64,000 nucleotides of DNA from a candidate division WOR-3 bacterium (GCA_039802005.1 JBDRVV010000009.1:3549-67548); one strand, 5' to 3'. Shown: positions 34,085-44,663, counted from the stretch's first letter. Made by a program: numbers and translations. Notes: generated by a model from the sequence alone, not told the origin.

Positions 34085-35923
34085 TTATTTAATTATCACA
34101 AATTCAACCCTGCGATTCTTTGCCATATTCTCAGGTGTAGTATTCGGCACAACCGGTTTGGATTCACCGTATCCCTTGGGAATTAAACGATTCGCATCCA
34201 GATTGTGATTGGTCACGAGATAATCTTTGACTGCGTTTGCCCTATCTTGAGATAGTTTAAGATTGTAACTATCAGAACCTCTGCTGTCGGTATGACCCTG
34301 AACTTCAATAGTTGTGGTTGCATTCCCTGCAAAGATCTTGGCAATTGTTTTCGCGGCATCGTCAAGGACTGGATACGATTCAGGTTTTATCTCGGACTTT
34401 GCCGTTTCAAAATAAATTTCTGGCAATACAATTTTGAATTCTTTCTTCACAAGTGCAATTTCCAGTTCTAATTTTTTGCCCGCTTCTATTGTAACCGTTC
34501 TCTCATAAGGTAGATAATTCTCATCGGTGACACTTGCTTTTATCGTATATGTGCCTGCCTTTAATGTCTTGGTCATTGAAGATGTCATTTCTTCTACAAC
34601 ATCACCGATAGTAACTTTTGCAACCATTGGTTGGCGGGTTGAGAGGTCAATCACATTAACTGTCAGTTCACCTTCTGTCGGTACCGGCCTCAATCTCAAA
34701 CTCAAAGGTATTTTTTCTCCGGCGCTGACCAGTAATTCAATTGACTCATCATAAAACCCATCAAGTGATGCGACAATGCGATAATTACCGGGTTCAAGTT
34801 CCTTTAATTCAAATTGACCAAAGGTATTTGAAGTAATGGATTTAACAAGAGAACCATCGCGGTAAAATGATATATTAGCAATAAGGGGTTCATCTGTCTT
34901 ATCATTAACAATGGTTCCGGCGATAGTAGCCAATTTGGGACCTTCTGGTTTGAAATCAACACAATAAGAAAATCCTGCAATCACTGCCCAGGGTGGTGCA
35001 ACACCCCAGCCGGTGGTAATATTTGTGCTGTCGGTCAATGCGGTTGGGAATGCGCGGTCATTTAATCCTTCCCAGGCGCGAATATCAACTGCAAGATTCA
35101 AACTGAATCTACCAGGTCGGAAACTGATACCAGGGGTATAATAGACCTCATTCGCGCCAAAGATTGCATCATCATCAATAAATGTAAAGAACTGGTCTTC
35201 ACCACAAAAATCAATTCCACCGACTTCAATAAACGGAGTAATTTTGCCGAGATCCCAGCTCAATGCCGCGCGATAAATAGTGTAATTATTGCGCCAGCCC
35301 ATTTCATCATCATTCTTATTTTTATCAATATAACCACCATTCAAATCAAGGGTCATCATTTTTGACTTAAAAGAAAGTCCCATCAATACACCGTAATCTA
35401 TGGCACCGCTCGAGAAATAACGAAAGACCCCACCATCATTGCCATAGGCTTCGCCGAAAATGGGATAGTTTTTCTGTTCAAGACTTGTCCCCCGATCTGA
35501 ACCGGTAGGCAATGATAAAACCGGTCCGATTGCCCAGGCAAAGTTTTCTTTACCAAGGCTCAGTTTCAAACCAAGCTTTGTATCACCCCAGCCCAAACTT
35601 GCCCGATTGTAATCGGTTGCGGTATAGTTAACACCGTCTCCATGTAATGAAGTCGCAATATTGAATGCCAGGTTATCGGTAATCGCATAACCAAGACCAA
35701 AAAACATATCACCACCTCCATGAACCGCTTCGCCTGCCGGTTCCCCGATAATTGCGACATCCCTTGTCTCTGTGAAATAGCGTGCGAACCAACCGATGTG
35801 AAAATGCCCGGCACCGCCATTCCAGGCAGACTCAGTACGAAACAGCCCGTATGCACCCTGATTATTAGAATAAGCAGTGCACAGAGCAATAACAACGAAT
35901 AGCGTTATAATGTTGCGTTTCAT
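34085..35923 (-). CDS. OmpA-family protein with N-terminal beta-barrel-like region and Ig/PEGA-like domains
   Basis: Signal peptide; C-terminal IYFE...IEVQGHTD.RG...YN..LS.DRA.AV..NRRVE. Confidence 0.88.
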   Translation of the reverse strand: MKRNIITLFVVIALCTAYSNNQGAYGLFRTESAWNGGAGHFHIGWFARYFTETRDVAIIGEPAGEAVHGGGDMFFGLGYAITDNLAFNIATSLHGDGVNYTATDYNRASLGWGDTKLGLKLSLGKENFAWAIGPVLSLPTGSDRGTSLEQKNYPIFGEAYGNDGGVFRYFSSGAIDYGVLMGLSFKSKMMTLDLNGGYIDKNKNDDEMGWRNNYTIYRAALSWDLGKITPFIEVGGIDFCGEDQFFTFIDDDAIFGANEVYYTPGISFRPGRFSLNLAVDIRAWEGLNDRAFPTALTDSTNITTGWGVAPPWAVIAGFSYCVDFKPEGPKLATIAGTIVNDKTDEPLIANISFYRDGSLVKSITSNTFGQFELKELEPGNYRIVASLDGFYDESIELLVSAGEKIPLSLRLRPVPTEGELTVNVIDLSTRQPMVAKVTIGDVVEEMTSSMTKTLKAGTYTIKASVTDENYLPYERTVTIEAGKKLELEIALVKKEFKIVLPEIYFETAKSEIKPESYPVLDDAAKTIAKIFAGNATTTIEVQGHTDSRGSDSYNLKLSQDRANAVKDYLVTNHNLDANRLIPKGYGESKPVVPNTTPENMAKNRRVEFVIIK

Positions 35924-35954
35924 TTAACCTCCTTTTATTTATAACACTTGTTTA

Positions 35955-35982
35955 ATTATAGTCAATATTTTTTATATGTCAA
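35955..35982 (-). promoter_or_regulatory. Sigma70-like promoter TTGACA-N16-TATAAT
   Basis: Perfect hexamers read directly. Confidence 0.75.
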
Positions 35983-36045
35983 TTGTTACTTTCAGACTTA
36001 AGTGTGTAATTTTATATTGCTAAATCACCAAGGTCATTATCCCGG

Positions 36046-36867
36046 TTAACAGAGCCCTAAATTTCTTTTCTTCTTATGAATCTCCGGAAGCAATTTACGG
36101 AATCTTTCTTTTGTATTGAGAATCCAATCTTTGAAATGTTCTTCCATTTTTTCTTTGGTCCAGCGATGTTTATTCAAATCCTTTGCATCAAAATAAAATC
36201 CATCTTCAACCGCTTTCGCAGTCGTCAAACATACCGGGCAGCGATATAAATCACCTTTTATACGCTGGAAAATATCACAAAAATCTATTGGGCAGTATTT
36301 TGAAACGACTGAAGCAAAAGGCTCGCATTTAAAATCAATCAGTCTATTAATTGATTTTTCAATCTTGGTTATCCCATCTTCCAGCAATACCTCTCCCTGT
36401 CCTGCACCGTATATGAAAAAACTACCAACAATCCGACAACCCAATGCCAGCAAGAAAATATTCATCAAAGACAGCTGGAATTGATTCCAGTCAATCGGTG
36501 ATGCCACACCAATACTTATTGCGGGCCATTCAGGTCTATCTTTAATCAATGGGTAAAGGCACAAAAATCTATCAAGAAAAATTTTTAATTTACCCGGAAT
36601 TGTTAATACATAGGTTGGTGCAAATAAGATTAAACCATCAGTATTTATAATCTTTTCGGCAAGTTTATAAAGGTCATCATCAATTTTACATTTTGCGTTC
36701 TTAAAAACACAGGACATACATCCCTGACATTGTTTTATCTCAAAATCTTTTAGATATACAAGATTTGGCGTAACCCCTTTTTCTCTTAAATATTTTTCCG
36801 AGTACCTTGCGAGTAAGTCACAATTACCATTCTTCCTTTCTGATGCAATGATTATTCCAACCTTCAT
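36046..36867 (-). CDS. Flavodoxin-fold protein (NADPH-dependent FMN reductase / iron-sulfur flavoprotein-like)
   Basis: S.RKNGN, CQGCMSC....C..DD, APTY; start placed at MKVGII overlapping the upstream stop. Confidence 0.85.
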   Translation of the reverse strand: MKVGIIIASERKNGNCDLLARYSEKYLREKGVTPNLVYLKDFEIKQCQGCMSCVFKNAKCKIDDDLYKLAEKIINTDGLILFAPTYVLTIPGKLKIFLDRFLCLYPLIKDRPEWPAISIGVASPIDWNQFQLSLMNIFLLALGCRIVGSFFIYGAGQGEVLLEDGITKIEKSINRLIDFKCEPFASVVSKYCPIDFCDIFQRIKGDLYRCPVCLTTAKAVEDGFYFDAKDLNKHRWTKEKMEEHFKDWILNTKERFRKLLPEIHKKKRNLGLC

Positions 36868-37193
36868 TTTCCCTTTCTTGCAGCATAAAAAAACGGATAA
36901 AAATAACTCTGCCACAACTCATCAGAAGAACCATATTGATTATCAAAATAAAAATAATCAACAAGCACCTCACGCAATCGTACTAATTCCTTTAAACGTC
37001 TTTTATTTTTAGGATCAATAATCGTCAAATCAATAAGTTCCAGTGCCCTTTCTGTCGCTTTTATACTGTATTCACGGTTTTTCTCACGCCAGTTAATCGC
37101 TCTATTAACCTCACTACCAATATGTGCCATCTGTTCAATAAAAGAAAATTGGAACCATTTCCCCTGAGCAAGTTCCTTATGCTGGTAGTTCAT
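36864..37193 (-). CDS. Hypothetical protein (109 aa)
   Basis: ORF track; coupled by overlaps on both sides. Confidence 0.75.
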   Translation of the reverse strand: MNYQHKELAQGKWFQFSFIEQMAHIGSEVNRAINWREKNREYSIKATERALELIDLTIIDPKNKRRLKELVRLREVLVDYFYFDNQYGSSDELWQSYFYPFFYAARKGK

Positions 37194-37531
37194 CTTGCTA
37201 TCAAACTATTTACAATCTCAATTATTCTTTTTCTTATTTCTGGATTATCAACACCGCGCGTTTTGTTACCCTGTGAAGGCCGCAATTTTATCAACGAATC
37301 AAATTCAATAAAACTTTCGCTTTCGGCATCAGGATAGATATTTATGCCCCAGAGACTTTCTTGTTTTGACCCAATCGCAAGCAACTCGGCTTCTTCATCG
37401 GCGTGAAGTTCAGCTCCGATAGCCATTATACCCTTTTCCACATCCACAACTGCTTTCACTACAGTTCCAAATGTCTCCTGAGCAATTCGTTTAATTTCAT
37501 CAATATTAATTTTCTCTCTTAAAATTAACAT
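37190..37531 (-). CDS. DUF5674-family protein
   Basis: KAVVDVEKG....G.ELHAD.E..LL..GS.Q..LWG.NIY...IEFDS.I..RP.Q.N. Confidence 0.75.
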   Translation of the reverse strand: MLILREKINIDEIKRIAQETFGTVVKAVVDVEKGIMAIGAELHADEEAELLAIGSKQESLWGINIYPDAESESFIEFDSLIKLRPSQGNKTRGVDNPEIRKRIIEIVNSLIAR

Positions 37532-37537
37532 CTAACA

Positions 37538-38761
37538 TTATGCTTTTGGTTCAACAACCCTGCCAATGAAAAGTATATTACCGGTATTTTTTTCTTGTAT
37601 CACAAAAATAAATGGATGATCAGCACGAAACACAGGAATTCTTGGACCCACTGAAGTAATACCAACCACTACACCGGTTGCTGCTGCAGCTTCAGTCCCT
37701 TCTTCGTTGACATCAACATAAGCTTGATGGACAACTGCACGGATATATAAATTTTTTGTGCCATCTATACCGGAAAAGTCGCAGTGAGGGGAAAATGCGT
37801 TGGGCATACCAAGTTGTGATAAGTTGGGTGTAAGGGTATATCTCGTTTTGAAAGTAAACTTGGGCAAATATACTTCAACCCTTGTCTCAGACAAAAGTTT
37901 TTTCCACTCTTCAAATTTTTCTTGAGATAACTCTTTCTCAACTAATTTCAAATCATTCTTGCGCGGCAGTAATATGACCATTGATAAATCATTTCCTTCG
38001 TAAGGTAATTCAAGAATTTGCAGTTCATCTGTCTCAGCATAATTAAATCTGGTCTCCGGGTCTATTCTCTTCATCATCGGTACTTTTATTGTCTTTGACT
38101 CGTTAACCCAGAAGTCTTCTTCGGTTGTTAATGATTTATCAAATTGCTTGAGCCACTGCCCTTTAAAATATATCGCATTGGTAATCACCAATCTTGATTG
38201 TTGGTCAATTGAACCTGGTGGGAAGAGGTCTTTTATTTTTTGATTGGTCTTATCTTCTACCCATTTGTTGATTATCTGGCGCGTTTGTTCGGTTGCTCCT
38301 ATAAAATCCACATTCCGTGCATAACCATCGTAATATTTTTGAATCGTCTTCAAATATTCAGGTAAAAATGGGTAGTCTTTTTGAATCCATAAGGCATTAG
38401 CAATATGTAATCTATATTTTGCATTCTTTTTATTAATTTGTTTATAAAGGGATAGAAAAGTTTCCCGACGATTTTTCTCATCCAGAGGGAATTTAAAGAC
38501 TTCATACATCTCACCTTTAACCCAACCCTTTGCCCCTTCAAAGACCATCGCTATTGCCATTGTAATACTGAATGGTGAATAAAAAATATTCCCGGTTTCA
38601 TTTTCAGTCAAATTCTTATAAAGATTAAAACAGAAACGATTATTACCCTGCACAATTTCATCAAATTTCTGTGGCACTTCAGCCTTACCACCCATAGCGT
38701 ATACAAATGTAAATAGCATTAAACCAATCAGAAAATATTTCATAATATAGCCTCCTTGCAA
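37538..38761 (-). CDS. Secreted serpin (serine protease inhibitor); start may be MKYF at 38743
   Basis: NIFYSPFSI, TNAIYFKGQW, EEGTEAAAAT hinge, FRADHPF. Confidence 0.95.
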   Translation of the reverse strand: MQGGYIMKYFLIGLMLFTFVYAMGGKAEVPQKFDEIVQGNNRFCFNLYKNLTENETGNIFYSPFSITMAIAMVFEGAKGWVKGEMYEVFKFPLDEKNRRETFLSLYKQINKKNAKYRLHIANALWIQKDYPFLPEYLKTIQKYYDGYARNVDFIGATEQTRQIINKWVEDKTNQKIKDLFPPGSIDQQSRLVITNAIYFKGQWLKQFDKSLTTEEDFWVNESKTIKVPMMKRIDPETRFNYAETDELQILELPYEGNDLSMVILLPRKNDLKLVEKELSQEKFEEWKKLLSETRVEVYLPKFTFKTRYTLTPNLSQLGMPNAFSPHCDFSGIDGTKNLYIRAVVHQAYVDVNEEGTEAAAATGVVVGITSVGPRIPVFRADHPFIFVIQEKNTGNILFIGRVVEPKA

Positions 38762-38768
38762 TCACATT

Positions 38769-38796
38769 ATTATCCATATTTTTAAAATAAAGTCAA
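38769..38796 (-). promoter_or_regulatory. Sigma70-like promoter TTGACT-N16-GATAAT
   Basis: Read directly upstream of serpin. Confidence 0.55.
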
Positions 38797-38812
38797 GAAT
38801 TCCTATATCTTT

Positions 38813-40723
38813 TTAAATATTTAACCTGATGGTGAATACGGTGCCCTTTTCCTTGCTACTCTCAACATTTATGGTGCCATTATGTTCACTTACTATCTTG
38901 TGCGCAATAAACAGCCCCAGTCCGGTCCCACCTTTTTTGGTTGTAAAATATGGTTCAAAAATTTTATCAAGGGCAGAAGCAGGTATTCCTGGTCCGTTGT
39001 CATATACCTTAATTAAAGCATGCCCATTTTCTTTTTTCAAAGAGATCCCGATCTGGGAATCAATTTTAGGTACAGAAGAAACAGCCTCAATTGCATTGAG
39101 TAGTAAATTCATTAATGCACGCCTTATATCTTCCATATTTCCCTTTATAATCACCCCCTCTTCTATATCAATATTGAATTTAATATTTTTTTGTTTTGTC
39201 TGTTCATTTATTAAAATCTCCATATCTTTTATTAATCGGCTCAGATCAAATTCCTGACTTTCCTTTATCTGCGGTCGCACCAGGCTTAAAAAATCATTAA
39301 GGATTCTTGTCATTGAATCAATTTCTTTGATGATTGCAGAAATGAGCTGATTATAAGATTCACCCTGTGAAGGAAATTCTCTATGTAAGCGTTGGGCTGC
39401 AATTGCCAGACCATTCAATGGATTTTTTATCTCATGTGCAAAGTTTGCAACAAGATTCCCAAGAAAAGTCAATCGCTCTTTCTCCTTTTGTTCTTTTTCT
39501 CTTTTTCGAATTTCTGAGACATCATGTAGTATTGATATTGTTCCAAAAAATTTTTTGTTTCTATCATAAAGTGGATATGTGGCATACTTTATAACCTTAT
39601 TGAAGATTTCCCTTTCCTCTTCAACAAAATTATTTGTTTCCTTAACGATTTGCAGTAAAAAAGGATCTCCTCTAAATACTACATTATATTGCTTATTTAA
39701 TATTTCAGATTCCTGCACACCAGTAATTTTACCGAACATTTTATTGGCACCTTTGATATTTCCTTTAACATCCAGAAGCAGAATACCTTCATCAATCGCG
39801 CCGAGTATATGAGAGAAGAATTGTTCACGCATCTGATAATCCTGATGCTTTATGAAAATTGTAAATACAGCAATACCAACACCGAACAATATCACAAATA
39901 AAAGCCCCAATTGAATATAGGTACTATTAAGATACTGATAATAATTATCTAAATTCATACCGATGCGTAGAAGTCCAATAATTTCCTTTTCAACGATAAA
40001 CGGGGTGACAATTTCAAGCACTTTCTTGTTTTCAAAATTTGTTATACGTGATATTTCTTTTCCATTTTGAAATGCCTTCAATAATAATGAATCGCTCTGT
40101 ATCCTGGGCATTACTTTAACATTGGGTGTAGCAAAAATAATTCCCTGTAAATCTTGAAGCGCAACATAATTGATAATTGGATTTATTGCCATTTGATTGA
40201 GAATCTTGCCGATACCATACTCCTGACTGAATTTTTTTATCTCCTCGGCGGATAACTCAATCTGGAATACAACCCTTTCAGTTTTATAAATAAAACGAAT
40301 AAATTTTTCGTTAAGTATTGTGAAATAATAATATTTAATCCTATCCCCTTCCTTAAAACTTTTGTAATCAATTTCGTATGGATTGCCCGACTTTAATAAA
40401 TCCTTTTTCCTTATTGAATCATAAATCACTATTGAACTTAGATTAAAATTCTGTCGTACTTTATCAAGGTTGTCTTTTTTTAGACCAATTTCGTTGAGAT
40501 AATTTATTATGCTAATGAGATTATCAGTAATTTTATCTTCAAGTTCTGCCTCCGCAAAGATGGAGTGCTCCTGAGCAAGTGCAATCAGTGTTAAAAATGA
40601 ACGGGCTTCGTCTTTGAAAAAAGCAAGCATAGTGCGCTGGTTGTTTATTATGCTGAAAATCAGAAATATGCCCAATAAACAGAGCAAAATAAATGCCATT
40701 AAAAGATAGTTTTTAGTATTCAT
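38813..40723 (-). CDS. Membrane sensor histidine kinase with PAS domain (no adjacent regulator)
   Basis: Two TM, PAS, AHEIKNPL, DNGPG, GTGLGL. Confidence 0.9.
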   Translation of the reverse strand: MNTKNYLLMAFILLCLLGIFLIFSIINNQRTMLAFFKDEARSFLTLIALAQEHSIFAEAELEDKITDNLISIINYLNEIGLKKDNLDKVRQNFNLSSIVIYDSIRKKDLLKSGNPYEIDYKSFKEGDRIKYYYFTILNEKFIRFIYKTERVVFQIELSAEEIKKFSQEYGIGKILNQMAINPIINYVALQDLQGIIFATPNVKVMPRIQSDSLLLKAFQNGKEISRITNFENKKVLEIVTPFIVEKEIIGLLRIGMNLDNYYQYLNSTYIQLGLLFVILFGVGIAVFTIFIKHQDYQMREQFFSHILGAIDEGILLLDVKGNIKGANKMFGKITGVQESEILNKQYNVVFRGDPFLLQIVKETNNFVEEEREIFNKVIKYATYPLYDRNKKFFGTISILHDVSEIRKREKEQKEKERLTFLGNLVANFAHEIKNPLNGLAIAAQRLHREFPSQGESYNQLISAIIKEIDSMTRILNDFLSLVRPQIKESQEFDLSRLIKDMEILINEQTKQKNIKFNIDIEEGVIIKGNMEDIRRALMNLLLNAIEAVSSVPKIDSQIGISLKKENGHALIKVYDNGPGIPASALDKIFEPYFTTKKGGTGLGLFIAHKIVSEHNGTINVESSKEKGTVFTIRLNI

Positions 40724-42687
40724 AAAATACCCATAACTGCGTTAGCAATTTCAGTTGCATGAAAGTTGATTCTTTCGAGGTCGCTTAATATATCAAGATG
40801 GATAGTTGAAGTTTCAAGACTTTCTTTCAATCCGCGGTGTAATCTCTCAATATGTTTTATCTCAAATTCCTTAGCCATTTTTAATCCTTTATCGCGTCTT
40901 GAGAAAACTTCCTGAGCAAATTTCCGATCCCTGGTTGCCATACTGGAAATTGACATTCTCAAAGTATCCAGAACAAATTTGTGGAATTCTTTGATTTGCG
41001 CCAACCCCTCTTGAGAAAATTCCATGCCTTCATCTATCTGCTTTTTTGCGTAGTTCATTAAATTTTTTGAAATTGTATCGCCGATATGTTCCAGTTCTGA
41101 AGTAACAGTGAGCAAACCAATTTGCATTTTTCTAAGTTCTTGGTCCATCTCTTCAGGATTCAGTCGGGAAAGATAAGGAGTTACCAATTCATCTATACGA
41201 TCGATCTCATCGTCTGCCTCAATAATTGATTTCCTTAAAACAATATCCCTCTTTTCAAAGACCTTTATTGAATCCTCAAGCATCTTAACCGTTTTATCAC
41301 CCATATCCATAATTTCTTTCAATGCCTGACTGATTGCAATTGATGGTGTATCAAGGAATGTCTGATCAAGTTTTTTAGTTTTTAAAATTTCGTGCTTTGT
41401 TTCAATAACAAGATAATTTAGCAACTTATTAAATGGACTGAGGAGAGGCAGAAAAATAAGTGCAATAAAAATATTAAAGATCGTATGGAAATTCGCAATC
41501 TGTCTTGCACTATTGCCACCGAAGGATATAAATCCGATATAATCAATTAATAATACGAATATTATAACACCAACCAGTTTAAAGATGAAGTTTCCCAGAG
41601 CAATCCTTCTCGCATTAACTGAATCTGCAATGAGCATGTGAAGTATCGTTGTTCCGAGATTTGCTCCCAGCACCAGATTAAATGCAGAAATGGTAGATAT
41701 CGCGGATTCAAATACAAGAACAAGAATAAAACCAATAATTGCCGTGCTCGAACGAAATATGAACGAAAGCAATGTGCCGATCAAAACTGCAAGAATCGGG
41801 GCATTATTCAAACTTACAATTGATTTAGTAAATCCTGATAGATATTTTACATTTACAATGCCTGTAGAAATAATCTTTAATGAGAAGAATAATAAACCGA
41901 TACCAAAAATAAACTGAGCGAGATTTCGGAGGTTTGGGAATAATAATCTTAGGAGCACACCAGCAGTAACTATTAAAAGTGAATAGTTCATAATATTGAA
42001 AGCAAGAAATTGAATTGTTATTGTGGCACCCACATTCGCACCGAGCATTACCGCAAGTCCAGACATCACTGGAACAACACCCGCTGAGGCAAACTTTATC
42101 AACAATGATGCAGTTGCAGTACAGGAACCAAAAATAGCCGTAATAAAAAATCCGCTTACCAGAGCAGTCAGACGACGATTTGTGAAATTGAATAATAGAT
42201 CTCGCGTCTTGGAACCAAGCCCCCGAATCAACCCTTTGCTACCATAACTCAGGGCAAATATAAAAAGAGCGAGTCCTCCAATTATAGAAATTATCATTAC
42301 CAATACCCAGTCTTGTTCCATACCCGTAAAATGGAATATAAGAGCGTCGTTATTATTTCTAACAAGTATGTAGTAATCACCCCGGGCACCCCCGAGTTTT
42401 ATAAAAGTTTTTGCAAAACCATCTTTATCAGTGTATGTAGTCTCAGGATGTATAACCGCAAATTTACTTGTAAGATTATTTTCTAAAGGTTCTTTGAGAA
42501 CTGCAAAGATCACTTTTGCATTCTCAACCCCTCTGCCCTTTTCATCAACAACACGGACCACAACCGGTTTTTGCAAAAACTGATTCACTATGCCTATTTG
42601 CTGGTCACCCGAGATATCGTTTCCTAATGGGTCCTGTCCTTTCAATAGTATGCAGAAAAACCACAAAAAAAAGTGTCCATTAATCAT
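40720..42687 (-). CDS. Na/Pi cotransporter (NptA family, PhoU-like C-terminus) with N-terminal Ig-like domain
   Basis: GANVGAT and GANLGTT repeats, IANFHTIFN, PhoU-like helices; N-terminal SGDQQ...VRVVD..G..V....TD.DG Big_1-like segment; start at second Met (42687) fits the promoter. Confidence 0.88.
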   Translation of the reverse strand: MINGHFFLWFFCILLKGQDPLGNDISGDQQIGIVNQFLQKPVVVRVVDEKGRGVENAKVIFAVLKEPLENNLTSKFAVIHPETTYTDKDGFAKTFIKLGGARGDYYILVRNNNDALIFHFTGMEQDWVLVMIISIIGGLALFIFALSYGSKGLIRGLGSKTRDLLFNFTNRRLTALVSGFFITAIFGSCTATASLLIKFASAGVVPVMSGLAVMLGANVGATITIQFLAFNIMNYSLLIVTAGVLLRLLFPNLRNLAQFIFGIGLLFFSLKIISTGIVNVKYLSGFTKSIVSLNNAPILAVLIGTLLSFIFRSSTAIIGFILVLVFESAISTISAFNLVLGANLGTTILHMLIADSVNARRIALGNFIFKLVGVIIFVLLIDYIGFISFGGNSARQIANFHTIFNIFIALIFLPLLSPFNKLLNYLVIETKHEILKTKKLDQTFLDTPSIAISQALKEIMDMGDKTVKMLEDSIKVFEKRDIVLRKSIIEADDEIDRIDELVTPYLSRLNPEEMDQELRKMQIGLLTVTSELEHIGDTISKNLMNYAKKQIDEGMEFSQEGLAQIKEFHKFVLDTLRMSISSMATRDRKFAQEVFSRRDKGLKMAKEFEIKHIERLHRGLKESLETSTIHLDILSDLERINFHATEIANAVMGIL

Positions 42688-42694
42688 TATCTTA

Positions 42695-42722
42695 ATATTA
42701 ATCATTCAACTAAGAAAGTCAA
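42695..42722 (-). promoter_or_regulatory. Sigma70-like promoter TTGACT-N16-TAATAT, leaderless
   Basis: -10 box 7 nt from ATG 42687. Confidence 0.6.
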
Positions 42723-42802
42723 TAAAGTATTTTAACTTCTTGCAGGGTATCCAATAATTCATGTGGCGGTCGTTTTAAATCTCATTTAGTGGCACAAATA
42801 GA

Positions 42803-42830
42803 TTGACATATTTATATGATTAACTATAAT
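42803..42830 (+). promoter_or_regulatory. Sigma70-like promoter TTGACA-N16-TATAAT, leaderless
   Basis: Perfect hexamers; ATG 5 nt after the -10 box; no SD. Confidence 0.8.
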
Positions 42831-42835
42831 TTCCA

Positions 42836-44326
42836 ATGGATTTTAAATTTGAAAAATATAAGAAATTTATACCCTGTATTTTAATTACAATCGGTTCCAT
42901 TTTCCGTCTCGCACAATATATCTTCAACCGCTCTCTCACTGAAGGTGAAGCACCATTGGCAATGAATATTATAGAACGCTCTTATCAAACATTGATTAAA
43001 CCCCTTGATTATGTCCAGGCAGCGCCGATCGGTTTTCTTTATATAGAGAAATTGTGTGTGAATATATTTGGCAATAATGAATATGCATTACGAATCTTCC
43101 CGCTAATTGTTGGCATTTTAGCCCTTTTCCTTTTTTACAAAATTTTAAAAATAATTGGCGACTATAAAATCACACTTTTTGGTCTTGCCTTTTTTGTCTT
43201 AAATGATTATTTAATCTATTTTTCTTCGGAAGTAAAACCATATTCAAGCGATGTATTCTTTTCTCTATTACTAATCTTTCTTGTATTAATTACAATTAGA
43301 GATAACCTGAATATTGCAATGTTGATAATCTATGGGATTATCGGTGCCATCACCATCTGGCTTTCTTTTCCTGCAGTCTTTGTATTCATTGGCACTGGCA
43401 TCATCCTGTTAATTTACATAATAAAAAATAAAGATTACAAAGCATTCTTGATTATTATGTTAGCTGGAGCGATTGGTTTTTTAAGCCTTACTTCAAATTA
43501 TTTTCTTTGTCTCCGCCACTATACAACACATAAAGAATTACTGGATTTCTGGCAAAATGATTTTATTCCATTCCCACCTAAGTCATTAGCTGAAGTATAT
43601 CAAATAATTTATATGTTGGTCAGAATTTTTAAAAATCCTGGGGGTTTTTCTATTTACGATATCTTCCTTGCAATATTATTTTTCATAATTGGTATTATTT
43701 ATTTTTATAGAAACAAAAAAATCGCCTCATTAATCATTATTATTCCCTTTATTATTACTATCCTTTGTTCTATTCTTAGACTCTATCCATTTGAAGGTCG
43801 GGTGATACTATTTATCGCACCAATTTTATCAATCTTTGTTAGTGCTGGTGTTACCTTAATGTACAACATAGTAAAAAAGAGTTCAACACCAATTGCAACA
43901 TCAATCTCTTTGATATTGTTTATTTACCCAGCATTGAATTCATGCTATCATCTTATCAAACCCCGTGCACCCGAAGAGTTAAGATCGGTGTTGGAATACC
44001 TCTTAAAGAATAGGAAAGAACAGGATAAAATTTATGTATATTATGGGGCAGTAAATGCATTCAGATATTATCAGACCAGATTTTCAGATTTTCACGAGGA
44101 TTATATATTGGGGATTGAATCGCGGAATGATTGGACTGGATATTATCGCGATTTGGAAAAATTAAAAGGCAACAGAAGGGTCTGGTTTATATTTTCACAC
44201 ATCGCTACACATTTAGGGGGTAATGAAGAGAAAATATTTTTAAGTTATTTAAATCTAATCGGCAATCAGGTTGCATCATTTACCACATCAGGTGCATCTG
44301 CATATCTTTATGATTTAAGCAAGTAA
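42836..44326 (+). CDS. Polytopic membrane glycosyltransferase (GT-C, ArnT/PMT-like)
   Basis: RSL..GE, ALRIFPL, SEVKPYS motif, many TM helices. Confidence 0.75.
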   Translation: MDFKFEKYKKFIPCILITIGSIFRLAQYIFNRSLTEGEAPLAMNIIERSYQTLIKPLDYVQAAPIGFLYIEKLCVNIFGNNEYALRIFPLIVGILALFLFYKILKIIGDYKITLFGLAFFVLNDYLIYFSSEVKPYSSDVFFSLLLIFLVLITIRDNLNIAMLIIYGIIGAITIWLSFPAVFVFIGTGIILLIYIIKNKDYKAFLIIMLAGAIGFLSLTSNYFLCLRHYTTHKELLDFWQNDFIPFPPKSLAEVYQIIYMLVRIFKNPGGFSIYDIFLAILFFIIGIIYFYRNKKIASLIIIIPFIITILCSILRLYPFEGRVILFIAPILSIFVSAGVTLMYNIVKKSSTPIATSISLILFIYPALNSCYHLIKPRAPEELRSVLEYLLKNRKEQDKIYVYYGAVNAFRYYQTRFSDFHEDYILGIESRNDWTGYYRDLEKLKGNRRVWFIFSHIATHLGGNEEKIFLSYLNLIGNQVASFTTSGASAYLYDLSK

Positions 44327-44399
44327 AACTTCTTCTACATTTCCTTAGTCAACTTTTGTTCAAATAATTTTTAGTTTTAAACTGCGATTGATTATTAAT

Positions 44400-44580
44400 G
44401 TAGAAGCCGAGTTCACTCCGCTTTTAAATATTTGCAGACCAATCCGTCATAAAACGCGGCAGACCGCAAATACCATCAATCATTCCAACATCCTGTAGTG
44501 GTTGAGATTGCTCAACATTGATTATTTCAGAGTAAACTCTGCCACAACAATCTTTATTGCAGACCAAGGTCTGCCACTAC
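44400..44580. repeat. Cluster of at least four GTAG-type REP palindromes
   Basis: 44400-44423 (+), 44495-44516 (+), 44528-44548 (-, GTTG variant), 44559-44580 (-, GTAGTGGCAGACCTTGGTCTGC). Confidence 0.72.
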
Positions 44581-44663
44581 AGCTTTACGAAATTTCAATA
44601 GATTTTATTGAACCTGAAAAAAGTATTGTATAAGAGATGGAGAGAACTCAGATACATTCTACC

